The notes: a model not told the origin generated them from the letters alone. A DNA stretch of 64,000 bases from Vicinamibacterales bacterium (GCA_041394685.1 JAWKHU010000061.1:4684-68683); one strand, 5' to 3'. Positions 51,707-62,173 are shown, counted from the first letter of the stretch. Numbers and translations: made by a program.

Positions 51707-54130
51707 TCACTCGGGCGGCGCGGCGGCATTCTCGGTCGCCACCGGCAGCTCGACACCCATCCGGAATGCGGGGCTCCGCACGATCGCCTTCGCGAACGCG
51801 CTGATCTTGAGCCCGTTGGCCGCCGCGTCGTGCACGATGCGGCGAACCATCGGCATGTCTTCGGCCTCGATGCGCCGGCCGAGCGCATAGGTCAGGAGGC
51901 TCTCGGTGAAGCTCAGCACGAACACGTCCTGGTGCTTCAGCAGGGCCCGGCGCAGACCGGCCGGACCGTCCATCGGCGTGCCGTCATAGAGCTCGCCCGT
52001 CGGATCCACCGGCGACCCGGCGTCCTTGATGCGCCACTTGCCGGTGACGTCGAAGTTCTCGAGCGCCAGGCCCAGGGGATCGATCACGCGGTGGCACGAG
52101 CGGCACGCCGGGTTCTTGCGGTGCTCCTCCATCCGCTCGCGGACCGTCAGCACGCGCGTCGCGCCGTTGGCCTTCGTCTCTTCGAGCGCCGGCACGTTGG
52201 GCGGCGGCGGAGGCGGCGGCGAGCCCAGCATCACCTCCATCACCCACTTGCCGCGCATCACCGGCGAGGTGCGGTCGGCCACGGAGGTCAGGAGCAGAAT
52301 GGCCCCCTTGCCCAGCAGGCCGGCACGCTCCTCGGGCGCCGTGACACGCTCGAACGAGTTGCCCGCGATGTTCGGGATCCCGTAGTGGCGCGCCAGGCGG
52401 CCGTTCACGAACGTGTGGTCCGCCGTCAGCAGATCCAGCACGCTGCGATCGTCGCGCACGATGCTGTCGAAGAAGAGCTCGGTCTCGCGCTCGAGCGCCG
52501 CCGAGAGCGTCTGGTCGGCGTATGGGAAGAGAATCGGGTCGGGCGTGGTCCGCTCCAGGTCCTGCAGGCGGAGCCACTGTGCGGCAAAGCGCGTCGCGAG
52601 GGCCTCGGACCGGGGATCCGCCAGCATGCGCCGCGCCTGCTTCACGAGCACGCCGGGCGCACCCAGGCGCCCCTGGCCGGCCAGCGTCATCAGCTCCTCG
52701 TCCGGCCCGCTGCCCCACAGGAAGAACGACAGGCGCGACGCGAGCTCGTAGTCGCCGAGCGTGTAGACGGCACCGGCCACCCGCGTGGGCTGCTCCTCGA
52801 CGCGGAAGAGGAACTGCGGGCTCGCAAGAATGGCCTCGAGCGCCTTGGTGATGCCGCGCTCGAAATTGCCGTCCAGCCGCCCGCGCGCGTAGAAGGTCAT
52901 CAGCCGGTCGAAGTCCTTCTCGCTGACCGGACGCCGGAACGCCTGCGTCGCCAGGCGCCGCACGATGTCGGACGCGCACGGCCCTTCCTCCGCCGCGGAG
53001 GTCGGCCGGCACGAGAAGATCATCCGCCGGCTCACCGTCTCGGACACGCCGCTCACCGTGTGCGGCCCGACGATGCTGAGGCTCCGCAGGTGCGGCAGCG
53101 TCGTGATGCCATAGGCGGTGCCGATCTCGGTGTCCGCCATGGTGTGTTCGATCGGCGCCATCAGGTCGTTGATCAGCCCCTCGAACTTCTGGATGAACGC
53201 GGCCGTCACGCGGTGGCTGCCGGCGGTGACGTGCAGCGGGGCCGACTTGATGGTGAGCCCCGTCTTCTCTTCGCTCATCCGCGGGTTGATGTCGAAGATC
53301 GCCAGGCGCGAGCCGTCCACCGACACTTCGATGCGCTCGCCATCGGACGTGGATCCGTACAGGAGCCCGAGCGGCTCGGCGAAGAAGTCCATCGCGAACA
53401 CGTAGTCGCCGTCGGCCGGGAAGATGTGGTCCACGGAGATGCCGCCGCGGGTGCCCAGCGGGGCTCCCTCCGCGCGCTCGATCTGCGACGCGGTCTTGGG
53501 CAGCTTGTAGGTCGCCTGCGTGGCCGAGCTGCGCGGATCCCCGACGGCCAAGGCCGCCACGCGGCTGGCCGCGCGCAGGTAGCCTTCCATCAGCGTCGGC
53601 GAGAACGTCTGCACGTCCGCGACGTTGTCGAAGCCGTCGCTGATGGTGTCGGCCGGGAGGAACGCCGTGACGTCGATGTCCAGGCCGACCAGCTGCTCGA
53701 TGGCGCGCGCGTACTCCGCGCGGTTGAGGCGTTGGAACGGACGCCAGCCGGGATCGGGATTCGGCCCCGCCAGCGCGTCCATGCGCGTTTCGAGCGAGGT
53801 CGCCAGCCGCGCCAGCTGCGCGGCGTCAGGCCGGCGCGCGCCGGCCGGCGGCATCATGCCCGCCCGCAGCTTGCGGATCATCTTCTCCGTGGTGTCGCGC
53901 GCCTCGGCCGCACCGTCCGGCGACCAGCCCTGCAGGGAGAGGCCTCCGCCTTGCCGCGGTCGCTGTGGCAGCCGGCGCAGACTGACCGACGAGTTGGGTC
54001 TGGTCGGCCGGGGCCATGGCCGCGGCATGGGAGGCTGCGGGCCGGAGCGCCCCGCGGGGGCCGGGGACTGGGCCAGGAGCCCGATCCCGAGCGCGCCAGT
54101 GAGAAGGACGGCGGTCACGAGGTGCTTCAT
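51707..54130 (-). CDS. DUF1592/DUF1595/DUF1588/DUF1585-family protein with N-terminal cytochrome-c motif (local double frame change near 53950-53985)
   Basis: MKHLVTAVLLTGALGIGLLA is a signal peptide. CAGCH is encoded at 53965..53979 but out of frame. Downstream: GGLSLQGWSP..., KMIRKLRAGMMPP, HYGIPNIAGNSFERV, ACRSCHRVIDPLGLALENFD. Confidence 0.8.
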   Translation of the reverse strand: MKHLVTAVLLTGALGIGLLAQSPAPAGRSGPQPPMPRPWPRPTRPNSSVSLRRLPQRPRQGGGLSLQGWSPDGAAEARDTTEKMIRKLRAGMMPPAGARRPDAAQLARLATSLETRMDALAGPNPDPGWRPFQRLNRAEYARAIEQLVGLDIDVTAFLPADTISDGFDNVADVQTFSPTLMEGYLRAASRVAALAVGDPRSSATQATYKLPKTASQIERAEGAPLGTRGGISVDHIFPADGDYVFAMDFFAEPLGLLYGSTSDGERIEVSVDGSRLAIFDINPRMSEEKTGLTIKSAPLHVTAGSHRVTAAFIQKFEGLINDLMAPIEHTMADTEIGTAYGITTLPHLRSLSIVGPHTVSGVSETVSRRMIFSCRPTSAAEEGPCASDIVRRLATQAFRRPVSEKDFDRLMTFYARGRLDGNFERGITKALEAILASPQFLFRVEEQPTRVAGAVYTLGDYELASRLSFFLWGSGPDEELMTLAGQGRLGAPGVLVKQARRMLADPRSEALATRFAAQWLRLQDLERTTPDPILFPYADQTLSAALERETELFFDSIVRDDRSVLDLLTADHTFVNGRLARHYGIPNIAGNSFERVTAPEERAGLLGKGAILLLTSVADRTSPVMRGKWVMEVMLGSPPPPPPPNVPALEETKANGATRVLTVRERMEEHRKNPACRSCHRVIDPLGLALENFDVTGKWRIKDAGSPVDPTGELYDGTPMDGPAGLRRALLKHQDVFVLSFTESLLTYALGRRIEAEDMPMVRRIVHDAAANGLKISAFAKAIVRSPAFRMGVELPVATENAAAPPE

Positions 54131-54225
54131 GTGGGGTACCCGTCGCGATCGTCGAAGTATAGGCCGTGCCGCCGTATCGCGGGCGGAGATTGTCGGCCGC
54201 GGGCTGCACGCGCCCGCATGGCCCG

Positions 54226-55350
54226 TCACAGGGCGACGAAGCGGCCGAACACCAGCGCCATGGCGAATCCCACACCGCCCACGACCGCCGCGCCCGCCAG
54301 GCCGACGACGAACGGCCGCAGGCCCACCCCGCGGAAGACGGCGAAGCTGGTGTTGAGGCCCACGGCGGCCATCGCCGTGCCGAGGAGGATGCGCGACGCC
54401 CAGTAGTCGCCGATGGCCGTCGTCAGGCTGTTCCAGCCGGCGGCATCGAACGCCCAGAATGCGGCGCCGGTCCGGCCGAGCATCGCGTCGCCGAGCGATC
54501 GCACGACCGCCATCCCGAGGAAGCCGATCACGAAGCCCGGGACCAGCTGGCGCCAGGACACCGGCGCCCGTCCGGACCGCGACGCCCCCGCGCCATCCCG
54601 CCCGTTGTCGCGCAGGTGCATCCACGTCAGCAGCGGAATCACGAACGCCAGGAAGATGTTGCGCGTCAGCTTGGTGACCGTCGCGGTTCGCAGGACCACG
54701 TCATCGCCGTAGACCTGCTTGTAGGTGAGCGCCGCGCCCACCACCTGGGAGGTGTCGTGGACGGCCGTCCCGAGGAACAGGCCGATGGTCTCGGAGCGCG
54801 CCAGCAGCGCATGGGCGAGGTAGGGATAGACGAGCATCCCGAAGAGGCCGAAGGCGACGACGTTGGCCACCGCGTAGGCGACCTCCCGCTCGTCGGCCTC
54901 GATGGCGGGCGCGGTCGAGACGATCGCGGTGACCCCGCAGATGCTGGTACCGGCGGCCACGAGCGTTCCCAGCCGCGGCGGGAGCCCCAGGCGCCGGTTG
55001 AACCACGTCACGAACACCAGCCCGGTTGCGATGGCCGCCAGCACGACCGGCAACCCCGCCAGGCCGAGCTTGAGCACGTCGAAGAGGCTGAGCCGAATCC
55101 CCACGAGCACGATGCCGAGCCGCAGGATCGTCGTGGTGGCGAACTTCAGCCCCGGCGCCAGCGCGGCGGGCAGCGGCAGGAGGTTGCGCAGCAGCAGGCC
55201 GAGGACGATGGCCACCGGCACGCCGGAGATCGGACTGCTGCCCGTCAGTCCCTGCGCCGCCAGGATGGCGTGACCGATCCGGTCTGCCAGCCAGAATCCC
55301 GCCACCATCACGGCGGCGGCGGCGGCGACGCCCGGGAGGTGCTTCGTCAC
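54226..55350 (-). CDS. yeiH: YeiH/UPF0324-family putative sulfate-exporter membrane protein
   Basis: Intact 374-aa ORF with about 10 TM helices: GTSICGVTAIVSTAPAIEA, FLGTAVHDTSQVVGAAL. Confidence 0.85.
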   Translation of the reverse strand: MTKHLPGVAAAAAVMVAGFWLADRIGHAILAAQGLTGSSPISGVPVAIVLGLLLRNLLPLPAALAPGLKFATTTILRLGIVLVGIRLSLFDVLKLGLAGLPVVLAAIATGLVFVTWFNRRLGLPPRLGTLVAAGTSICGVTAIVSTAPAIEADEREVAYAVANVVAFGLFGMLVYPYLAHALLARSETIGLFLGTAVHDTSQVVGAALTYKQVYGDDVVLRTATVTKLTRNIFLAFVIPLLTWMHLRDNGRDGAGASRSGRAPVSWRQLVPGFVIGFLGMAVVRSLGDAMLGRTGAAFWAFDAAGWNSLTTAIGDYWASRILLGTAMAAVGLNTSFAVFRGVGLRPFVVGLAGAAVVGGVGFAMALVFGRFVAL

Positions 55351-55356
55351 ACGGGC

Positions 55357-56770
55357 CTACTGCTGGATCGACTTCACCTGGAAGAACTCCTCCAGGGCGA
55401 GCGGGCCGATTTCGCGGCCGATGCCGGACTTCTTGTAGCCGCCGAAGGGCGCCAGCACGTTGAAGCGCCCGCCGTTGATGTCCACCTGCCCCGTGCGCAG
55501 CTGGCGGGCCACCTCGAGCGCGCGCTCCTTGCTCGCTCCCCACACACCGCCTGCCAGCCCGTAGATCGAGTCGTTGGCAATGCGCACGGCATCGGCTTCC
55601 GAGTCGTAGGGGATGATCGAGAGCACCGGTCCGAAGATCTCCTCCTGGGCAATCGTCATCGACGGCGACACGCCCGAGAAGATCGTGGGCTCGACGTAGT
55701 AGCCCGTGGTCAGGGCCTCGGGCCGTCCGCCCCCGGCCACCAGCGTCGCCCCTTCGGCCTTCCCGCGTTCGATGTAGCCCAGCACGGTGTCACGCTGCTT
55801 CGCCGACGACAGCGGGCCCAGGCGCGTCGCCGCGTCGAACGGATCGCCGAGCGTGAGCTTGGCGAGCTGCCCGCGCGCCAGCGCCGCCGCTTCCTCGAGC
55901 CGGGCCGCGGGAACCAGCATGCGCGTCCACGCCGAGCAGGTCTGTCCGGAGTTCTGCATGCAGTTGTTGACGCCCGCCGGAATCGCCTTTTCGAACGGCG
56001 CATCGTCCAGGACGACGAACGCCGACTTGCCGCCCAGCTCCAGGCACACCTTTGATGCCGTCGCCGGCCAGGGCGGCCACGCGGCGTCCCGCCGCGAGCG
56101 ACCCGGTGAAACTGACCATGTCCACGTCGGGATGCGTGACGATGGCTTCGCCGACGACCGTGCCGGGGCCCGAGACGAGATTGAAAACGCCCGCGGGCAG
56201 CCCGATCTCGTGGGCGGCCTCGGCCAGCATGAACGCGCTCACCGGCGCGAGCTCGGCGGGCTTCAGGACGACCGTGCAACCGGCGGCCAGGGCCGGCGCG
56301 ATCTTGCACACGACCTGGTGCAGCGGGTAGTTCCACGGGGTGATGCAGCCGACGACGCCGATGGGCTCCTTGATGACGAGGGAGTTGCCGAGCTCGTCCT
56401 CCAGCTTCGCCGACCGGATGAAGCGCGCGTTCATCCCGATCATCAGGACCGGAAACTCGACCTGCACCTTCGTGGAGTACGACAGGGCAGTGCCCACCTC
56501 GTGCGAGATGGCCTCGGCGATCTCCGGGACACGGGCCTTCATCGCCGCCGCGAGCTTCTCGAGCCACTGCGCGCGCTCGTCCACGGCGAGCCGGCTCCAC
56601 GACTCGAAGCCGCGGCGGGCGGCACGCGCGGCGGCGTCGACATCCTCGGCCGTACCGAGCGGCACGCGGGCGATGGGCTGCTCGGTGGACGACGAGACGA
56701 CCTCGATGAACTCGGATCCGGCAGGCGTCTGCCACGCGCCGTCGTAGTAGTGCTGGGTATAGGCCTTCAT
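55357..56770 (-). CDS. NAD(P)-dependent aldehyde dehydrogenase (one frame change near 56050)
   Basis: [14 protein letters not shown]...ITPWNYPL...[10 protein letters not shown]...FTGS lies in ORF 55790..57106. [11 protein letters not shown]...NSGQTCSA...EEIFGPV lies in ORF 55357..56049. Confidence 0.85.
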
Positions 56771-56800
56771 GGGAATCCAGCCATTGTATTCTGAGGAGCT

Positions 56801-57568
56801 ATGGACATCACCGGACGGACATTCATCGTGACGGGCGGGGCCTCGGGCCTCGGGCGCGCGGCGGCCGAAGCCGTCGTCGCCGCAGGCGGGCAGGCCGTGC
56901 TGCTCGACGTGAACGCGGAGGCGGGCGCGGCGGCCGAGGCGGCCATGGGCCCGAAGACGCGCTTCGCGCAGGCCGACGTGACCAGTGAAGCGGAGGTGCA
57001 GGCAGCGGTCGATCTGGCCATGTCGGCCTTCGGCAACCTCTACGGCGCCATCAACGCGGCCGGCATCGGCCCGGCGGCGAAGGTGCTGGGCCGCAACGGC
57101 CCGCACGCGCTGGATCTCTTCGAGAAGACGATCCGCATCAACCTCGTCGGCACCTTCAACGTGATCCGGCTCGCGGCCGCGGTCATGGCGAAGAACGAGC
57201 CGCTCGCATCGGGCGAACGCGGCGTCATCGTCAACACGGCGTCCATTGCCGCCTACGACGGCCAGATCGGGCAGCCGGCGTACGCCGCCTCGAAGGGCGG
57301 CATCGTGGGCCTCACGCTGCCCGTCGCGCGCGAGTTCGCCGGCATCGGCATCCGCTGCGTCACCATCGCACCGGGCATCTTCGACACGCCGCTCCTGGCC
57401 GCGTTGCCGGAAGCCGCGCGCGTGTCACTGGGGCAGCAGGTGCCCTTCCCGTCGCGCCTCGGCCGCCCGTCCGAGTACGCCGCACTCGCCCGCCACATCC
57501 TCGAGAACGAGATGATCAACGGCGAGGTGATCCGGCTGGACGGCGCGCTGAGAATGGCGCCCAAGTAA
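56801..57568 (+). CDS. Short-chain dehydrogenase, 3-hydroxyacyl-CoA dehydrogenase type-2-like
   Basis: Intact 255-aa ORF: [32 protein letters not shown], ...[12 protein letters not shown]. Confidence 0.9.
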   Translation: MDITGRTFIVTGGASGLGRAAAEAVVAAGGQAVLLDVNAEAGAAAEAAMGPKTRFAQADVTSEAEVQAAVDLAMSAFGNLYGAINAAGIGPAAKVLGRNGPHALDLFEKTIRINLVGTFNVIRLAAAVMAKNEPLASGERGVIVNTASIAAYDGQIGQPAYAASKGGIVGLTLPVAREFAGIGIRCVTIAPGIFDTPLLAALPEAARVSLGQQVPFPSRLGRPSEYAALARHILENEMINGEVIRLDGALRMAPK

Positions 57569-57786
57569 ACACGGAGGGCACGAAAGGGGCACGGAGAGCA
57601 CGAAGGGCACGAAGGGCACGGAGGACACGAGGGGGAATGCGTCGCGTTCCGGGTTGTTGCCTCCCTCCACGACCGAGAGCGGTGGTTGGGACCACTCGAG
57701 CGACCCGGCGACCGGGGTCGGTGTTCACGCTTCGCGGCCGTCGTGCCCTTCGTGCCCTCCGTGCCCTTCGTGTTCTCCGTGTTCTC
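57569..57786. repeat. Convergent-spacer element B: same 9-mer inverted-array architecture as element A
   Basis: Left arm 57569-57635: ACACGGAGG GCACGAAAGGG GCACGGAGA GCACGAAGG GCACGAAGG GCACGGAGG ACACGAGGG. Right arm 57741-57786: TCGTGCCCT TCGTGCCCT CCGTGCCCT TCGTGTTCT CCGTGTTCT. A ~105-nt unique core lies between the arms. Confidence 0.8.
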
Positions 57787-58995
57787 AGTCGCCGGAGAGC
57801 AGTTCCCGCGCGGCGGTGGTCAGGGTGGCGGTGTCGGCCTCCGTGCCGCCGCCTTGCGCGAGGTCGGGCCGGCCGCCGCCGCGGCCGCCGAAGCGCGCGG
57901 TGAGCGCCTTCAGCGTGCGGCCGGCGTCCACGCCCGCGTCGCGGTGGGCGGCCACGACGACCAACGCCGGCGTGGTCGTGCTGAAGAGCGCCGCCGCGGC
58001 CCCCGGCGTGGTCGCGATCGCCACCGCCATCGCCTTCAACGTCGGGGCCTCCGTGTCGGGGCACCGCCTCGACGACCACCAGACGCGAGCCCACGCGCAC
58101 GCCGCGCGCGGCCAGCGCCCGGGCCTCGTGCACCGCGAGCGATTCCTGCGCGCTCCGCAGCGCGCTGCAGGCCCTTGTTCTCTCCCTGCAGGCGCTCGAC
58201 GGCCCCCGCCAGTTCACCGGGCGCCACCGAGAGGTGCGTCATCGTGGCCGCGAGCGCGTCGCGCCAGAGATCGAACCGCCGGCTGACCCGGCCGCCGCAG
58301 AGGAAGTGCACGCGCGACCCGCCACGGAAGCGCTCCCACCCATCCACGGCGATGATCCCGATGCCGCCGGTCCTGGCGACGTGCGTGCCGCCGCACGCCG
58401 ACAGGTCGAAGTCCTCCACCTCCACCAGCCGCAGCCGCCCCGTGCGCGCCGGGTCTTTCCGGAGCGGAAGCCGGGCGGCCTCCTCGGCGTCCACGAAGCG
58501 CACGACGACGGGACGGTCCTCCCAGATGACGCGATTGGCTTCCGCGACGGCCGCAGCCGCCTGGCTCGCCGACACCTCGAGCGCGAGGTCGATCGAGCAG
58601 GTATCCGCGCCCAGGTGAAAGCTCTCGGTCCGGTGGCCGGAGAGCCGGTCGAAGGCCGCCGACAGCACGTGCTGGCCCGTGTGCTGCTGCATGTGGTCGA
58701 AGCGGCGGAGCCAGTCGATGGCCCCGGACACCGGCTGGCCCGGCCCGAGCGACGCATCCGTCACATGGACGACGCGCCCATCGTCCTCGTCGATGACGTC
58801 GAGGACGCGCGCACCGCCAAGGGTACCCGTGTCGAACGGCTGTCCGCCGGAGGTCGGATAGAACGCCGTGGCGTCCAGTTCCACGGACCACGACGACGGC
58901 GCACCCGCCTCGGCGGGGCGAGGTTCGCAGGCCACGACGGTGGCATCGAACGTGGCGCGGTAGGCGTCGGTGTAGTAGAGGCGATCGGTCGTCAT
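57785..58995 (-). pseudogene. alaX: Alanyl-tRNA editing protein AlaX-L type (2 frame changes near 58150 and 58040)
   Basis: MTTDRLYYTDAY...AFYPTSGGQPFDTG...HMQQHTGQHVLS...SACGGTHV is the editing-domain Zn motif. The C-terminal DHHA1-like block ...GGRGGGRPDLAQGGG lies in ORF 57785..58039. Confidence 0.8.
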
Positions 58996-60797
58996 CGTGT
59001 CGGTAGCTCGAAGTAGAACACAGCGCCGCCGTGATGCGAGCGTCGATAGCCGATCTCGCCGCCGTGCGAGGTGATGATGCCGTAGCTCACCGACAGGCCG
59101 AGGCCCGTCCCCTCGCCGACCGGCTTGGTCGTGAAGAACGGCTGGAAGAGCTTCGCCTCGTCCTCGGGCTGCACCCCGTCGCCGTAGTCCTCGACTTCCA
59201 GCCGGGCGGTGTTGCGGCCGTCGGCGGTGCGGATGCGGATACGGCGGCGGGCCTCCGGCAGCTCGGCCACCGCCTGCTCGGCGTTGATGAGGAAGTTGAG
59301 GACCACCTGTTGCAGCTCGGTGAAGACGGCGGAGACGAACGCCTCGGACGTGTCCTCGATGTCGAGCCGGATGCCCTGCGCGTCGATCTTGCGCTGGCGC
59401 AGTTCGAGCACCGACGCCACCACGTCGGTGAGCGTCACCGGTGACGGCTCGGTGGTCTGGCGTCCGAAGCGCTGCAGGTTGCGGATGATGGCGCTGGCGC
59501 GGGCGCTCTCCCGGCGGATGAGGGAGAGGTCCCGCTGCACGTCCTCGGGGAGGCCCTGCTGCATCTGCAGCAGCTCGGCAAACCCCAGGATGGCCTGCAG
59601 GGGGTTGTTGAGCTCGTGCGCCACGCCGGACACGAGCACGCCGATGGCCGCGAGGCGCTCCTGCCGGATCAGCTGCCGCTGCAGCGACTCCTTCTCCTCG
59701 CGGACGCGGCGCTCCTCCGTCATCTGCGCCGCGACGGCCTCCTGCGCCGCGCGCAGGTCGTTGATCATGCCCGCAATGCTGCCCCGCAGCTCGTTGAGCT
59801 CGGCGGCGCCGAGGTCGCGGGGCTCCAGCGGCGAGAGGTCACCGCCCGAGACGCGTTGCGCGGCGCGCCGCACCTCGTCCATCGCCTGCAGCCACCGGTG
59901 CGAGAAGAACAGGGACAGTCCGAGGATCGCCGCAAGCGCCCCCAGCGTGATGACGAGCGTGCGGCGGAAGATGGGGCTCGTGCGCGCGGCGGCCACTCCA
60001 GTCGGGATGCCGACGCTGGCCAGCCACGGGCCGCGATCGAGCACGGCGTTGGCGAAGACGCGCTCCACGCCGTCGACCCCGGTGCGCACGTCGCTGGCCG
60101 GAATGGACTCGAGCGGCCGTGCGAGATCGATGCGTTCCTCCGTGGGCCGGCCCACGAAGCGGCCGGGCTCCAGCGTCCGCGCCACCACGACGCTGTTCCG
60201 ATCCGTCACCGTGATCACCGAGCGCTCCGGCAGCGGGATCCGCGCCAGGATCGAGGCGAGCGACTCGAGGTGCACGGCCAGGCCCAGCATGCCCGTCGGC
60301 GGGCCGGCGCCGTCGCGCAGGGGATAGCCCATCACCACCACGTGCGCGCTCTCGTCCGGCCGCCCGAGCATCGGCCCGATCGCGGGCCGGCCGCCCGACA
60401 CCACCTCGGCGATCCACGCCGGTGACACCTGTCCCTCGACGTCGGCGGCGGGCGGCAACGCCCACGCCACCACGCGCCCGCTGGCGTCGGCCAGGACGGC
60501 GTTGCGCAGGAGGGCGTTCTGCCCCTGCATCAGGGGCTGCAGCACCTCGATCGCCGCACGCGGGTCGAGGTCCGCCACGGCAGGGTGCTGCATGGCGGTC
60601 GTGGCCACGGCATCGGCGGTCTCGAGGTTGCGCTCCAGGTAGGCAATGACGACGGCCGTCATGGCCTGGGTTTCGTTGCGCAGGTGCTCGATCTCCTCCT
60701 GATAGGTGGCTCGCGAGGCCACGACGAGCGCCGCGAGCACCACGAGGACGAGCAGCAGGGTGATGGCGACGATCTGCTGGCGCAGCGGACGGGCCAT
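58992..60797 (-). CDS. Sensor histidine kinase (periplasmic Cache-like, HAMP, HisKA, HATPase_c)
   Basis: Intact 601-aa ORF with 2 TM helices. H-box VSGVAHELNNPLQAI, G-boxes ...GTGLGLSVSYGII. Its stop overlaps the alaX ATG by 4 nt. Confidence 0.9.
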   Translation of the reverse strand: MARPLRQQIVAITLLLVLVVLAALVVASRATYQEEIEHLRNETQAMTAVVIAYLERNLETADAVATTAMQHPAVADLDPRAAIEVLQPLMQGQNALLRNAVLADASGRVVAWALPPAADVEGQVSPAWIAEVVSGGRPAIGPMLGRPDESAHVVVMGYPLRDGAGPPTGMLGLAVHLESLASILARIPLPERSVITVTDRNSVVVARTLEPGRFVGRPTEERIDLARPLESIPASDVRTGVDGVERVFANAVLDRGPWLASVGIPTGVAAARTSPIFRRTLVITLGALAAILGLSLFFSHRWLQAMDEVRRAAQRVSGGDLSPLEPRDLGAAELNELRGSIAGMINDLRAAQEAVAAQMTEERRVREEKESLQRQLIRQERLAAIGVLVSGVAHELNNPLQAILGFAELLQMQQGLPEDVQRDLSLIRRESARASAIIRNLQRFGRQTTEPSPVTLTDVVASVLELRQRKIDAQGIRLDIEDTSEAFVSAVFTELQQVVLNFLINAEQAVAELPEARRRIRIRTADGRNTARLEVEDYGDGVQPEDEAKLFQPFFTTKPVGEGTGLGLSVSYGIITSHGGEIGYRRSHHGGAVFYFELPTR

Positions 60798-60800
60798 GGA

Positions 60801-61502
60801 TCAGCGCGCGGACAGGGCGGGGTCCGGATGCCCCGCGGCGGCGAACCCGGCGGCGCGCAGCCGGCAACTGTCGCAGTGGCCGCACGGCACACCGGACTCG
60901 GACGGGTCGTAGCAGCTGAGCGTCAGCCCGTAGTCGAGCCCGAGCGCCAGGCCGCGCTCGATGATGGCCGCCTTGCTCAACTCGATGAGCGGCGCGTGCA
61001 CGGTGAGGGCCGCGCCCTCGACGCCCGCACGCGTGGCCACACGCGCGAGGGACTGGAACGCCGCGATGAACTCCGGCCGGCAGTCGGGATACCCCGAATA
61101 GTCGAGGGCGTTGACGCCGATGTAGATGTCGCGCGCGTCCAGCACCTCGGCCCAGCCGAGCGCGATCGACAGGAAGATGGTGTTGCGGGCCGGGACGTAG
61201 GTGGACGGGATGCCGGCCTCGTCGAGCGGACGGTCCCGCGGCACCTCGATGTCGGGGCTCGTCAGGGCCGACCCGCCGATGGTCGAGAGGTCCAGGTCGA
61301 GCACCAGGTGGCGGTCCACGCCCAGGGCCGCGGCCACGCGGCGGGCGGCGTCGATCTCGAGGCGGTGGCGTTGCCCGTAGCGGAAGCTGAGCGCGGCCAG
61401 CCGGAAGCCGTCCTGGCGGGCCACGGCCGCCGCGGTGTAGGAGTCGAGGCCTCCGCTCAGCAGTACGACCGCAGTGCGCATCCGGCCCATATTGTCGGCC
61501 AT
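60801..61502 (-). CDS. queC: 7-cyano-7-deazaguanine synthase (start possibly at M8, 61481)
   Basis: Intact ORF: [20 protein letters not shown]. The C-terminal Zn site is CYD...CGHCDSC. Confidence 0.92.
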   Translation of the reverse strand: MADNMGRMRTAVVLLSGGLDSYTAAAVARQDGFRLAALSFRYGQRHRLEIDAARRVAAALGVDRHLVLDLDLSTIGGSALTSPDIEVPRDRPLDEAGIPSTYVPARNTIFLSIALGWAEVLDARDIYIGVNALDYSGYPDCRPEFIAAFQSLARVATRAGVEGAALTVHAPLIELSKAAIIERGLALGLDYGLTLSCYDPSESGVPCGHCDSCRLRAAGFAAAGHPDPALSAR

Positions 61503-61532
61503 TCGCGCCGAGCCGTGCAGGCTTGCGGGGCG

Positions 61533-62173
61533 TCAGACGCCGCGTGTGTCGGGCGACCAGATGAACTTGTGCAGCTGGAGCTGCATCCGCACCGGCAGGC
61601 GGTCGGCCAGCACCCACTCGGCCAGCGCGCGCGGGTCCTGCTCGCCGTGCACGGGTGAGAACAGGACCGCCCGGCAGCGGGCGGCCAGGTCCTCTCGCTG
61701 CACGATTGTGCGCGCGTACTCGTAGTCCGCACGGTCGGCAATCACGAACTTCACCTCATCGTCGGTCGTGAGGTGCGCGAGGTTGGACCAGTCGGTGCGG
61801 TCCGCCTCGCCGGAGCCCGGACACTTGATGTCCACGATGCGCACGACGCCCGCCGGCACGCCCGCGATGCTGCGGTGGCCGCCGGTTTCACCAGGACCTG
61901 CTGTTCGCCGACAGCAGCCGCTCCATCAGCGGGCGCACGTCCGGCTGGAGCAGGGGCTCGCTGCCCGTGATCTCGACGGGAGGGGCAGCCATACGCCTTC
62001 GACGGCCTCGACCACCGCGTCTATCGACATCTTCCGGCCCTCGTGGAAGGCGCATGGCGTGTCGCACCAGCGGTGCGCAGGTCGCAGGCCGTGAGCCTGA
62101 CGAAGACGCAGGGCTCACCCGCGCGGGTGGACTCGCCCCTGGATGGAGGAAAGATCTCGTTGACGGTCAGCAC
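61533..62173 (-). pseudogene. queE: 7-carboxy-7-deazaguanine synthase, radical SAM (about 3 frame changes; GTG start proposed)
   Basis: VLTVNEIFP.S.GESTRAGEPCVFVRLTACDLR is the radical-SAM Cys cluster region (ORF 62021..62242). IVDIKCPGSGE...VKFVI...LQLHKFIW lies in ORF 61533..61859. Confidence 0.78.

Noticed and set aside
48716-54406. An uninterrupted 1896-aa ORF on the + strand spanning three minus-strand genes and their spacers.
   Set aside because: It is codon-for-codon antisense to the ankyrin, DUF1552 and DUF1592 genes, which all share one phase (ends 50248, 51661 and 54130 are all 1 mod 3). In that register, stops would require sense TTA, CTA or TCA codons, which are rare at about 70% GC. 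The product is R/G/A/V/H/D-rich with no recognisable motifs. It is a GC-composition artefact.
57569-57786. Possibility that the 9-mer arrays encode peptides. ORF fragments read KGTKGTKGAKGTKK / FVPFVPSVPFVFSVFSV and RRTRRARRARRARR.
   Set aside because: The periodic translation is simply a consequence of a 9-nt unit. There is no start or RBS context. Both strands give equally repetitive peptides. The arrays sit exactly between the stop codons of convergent genes.
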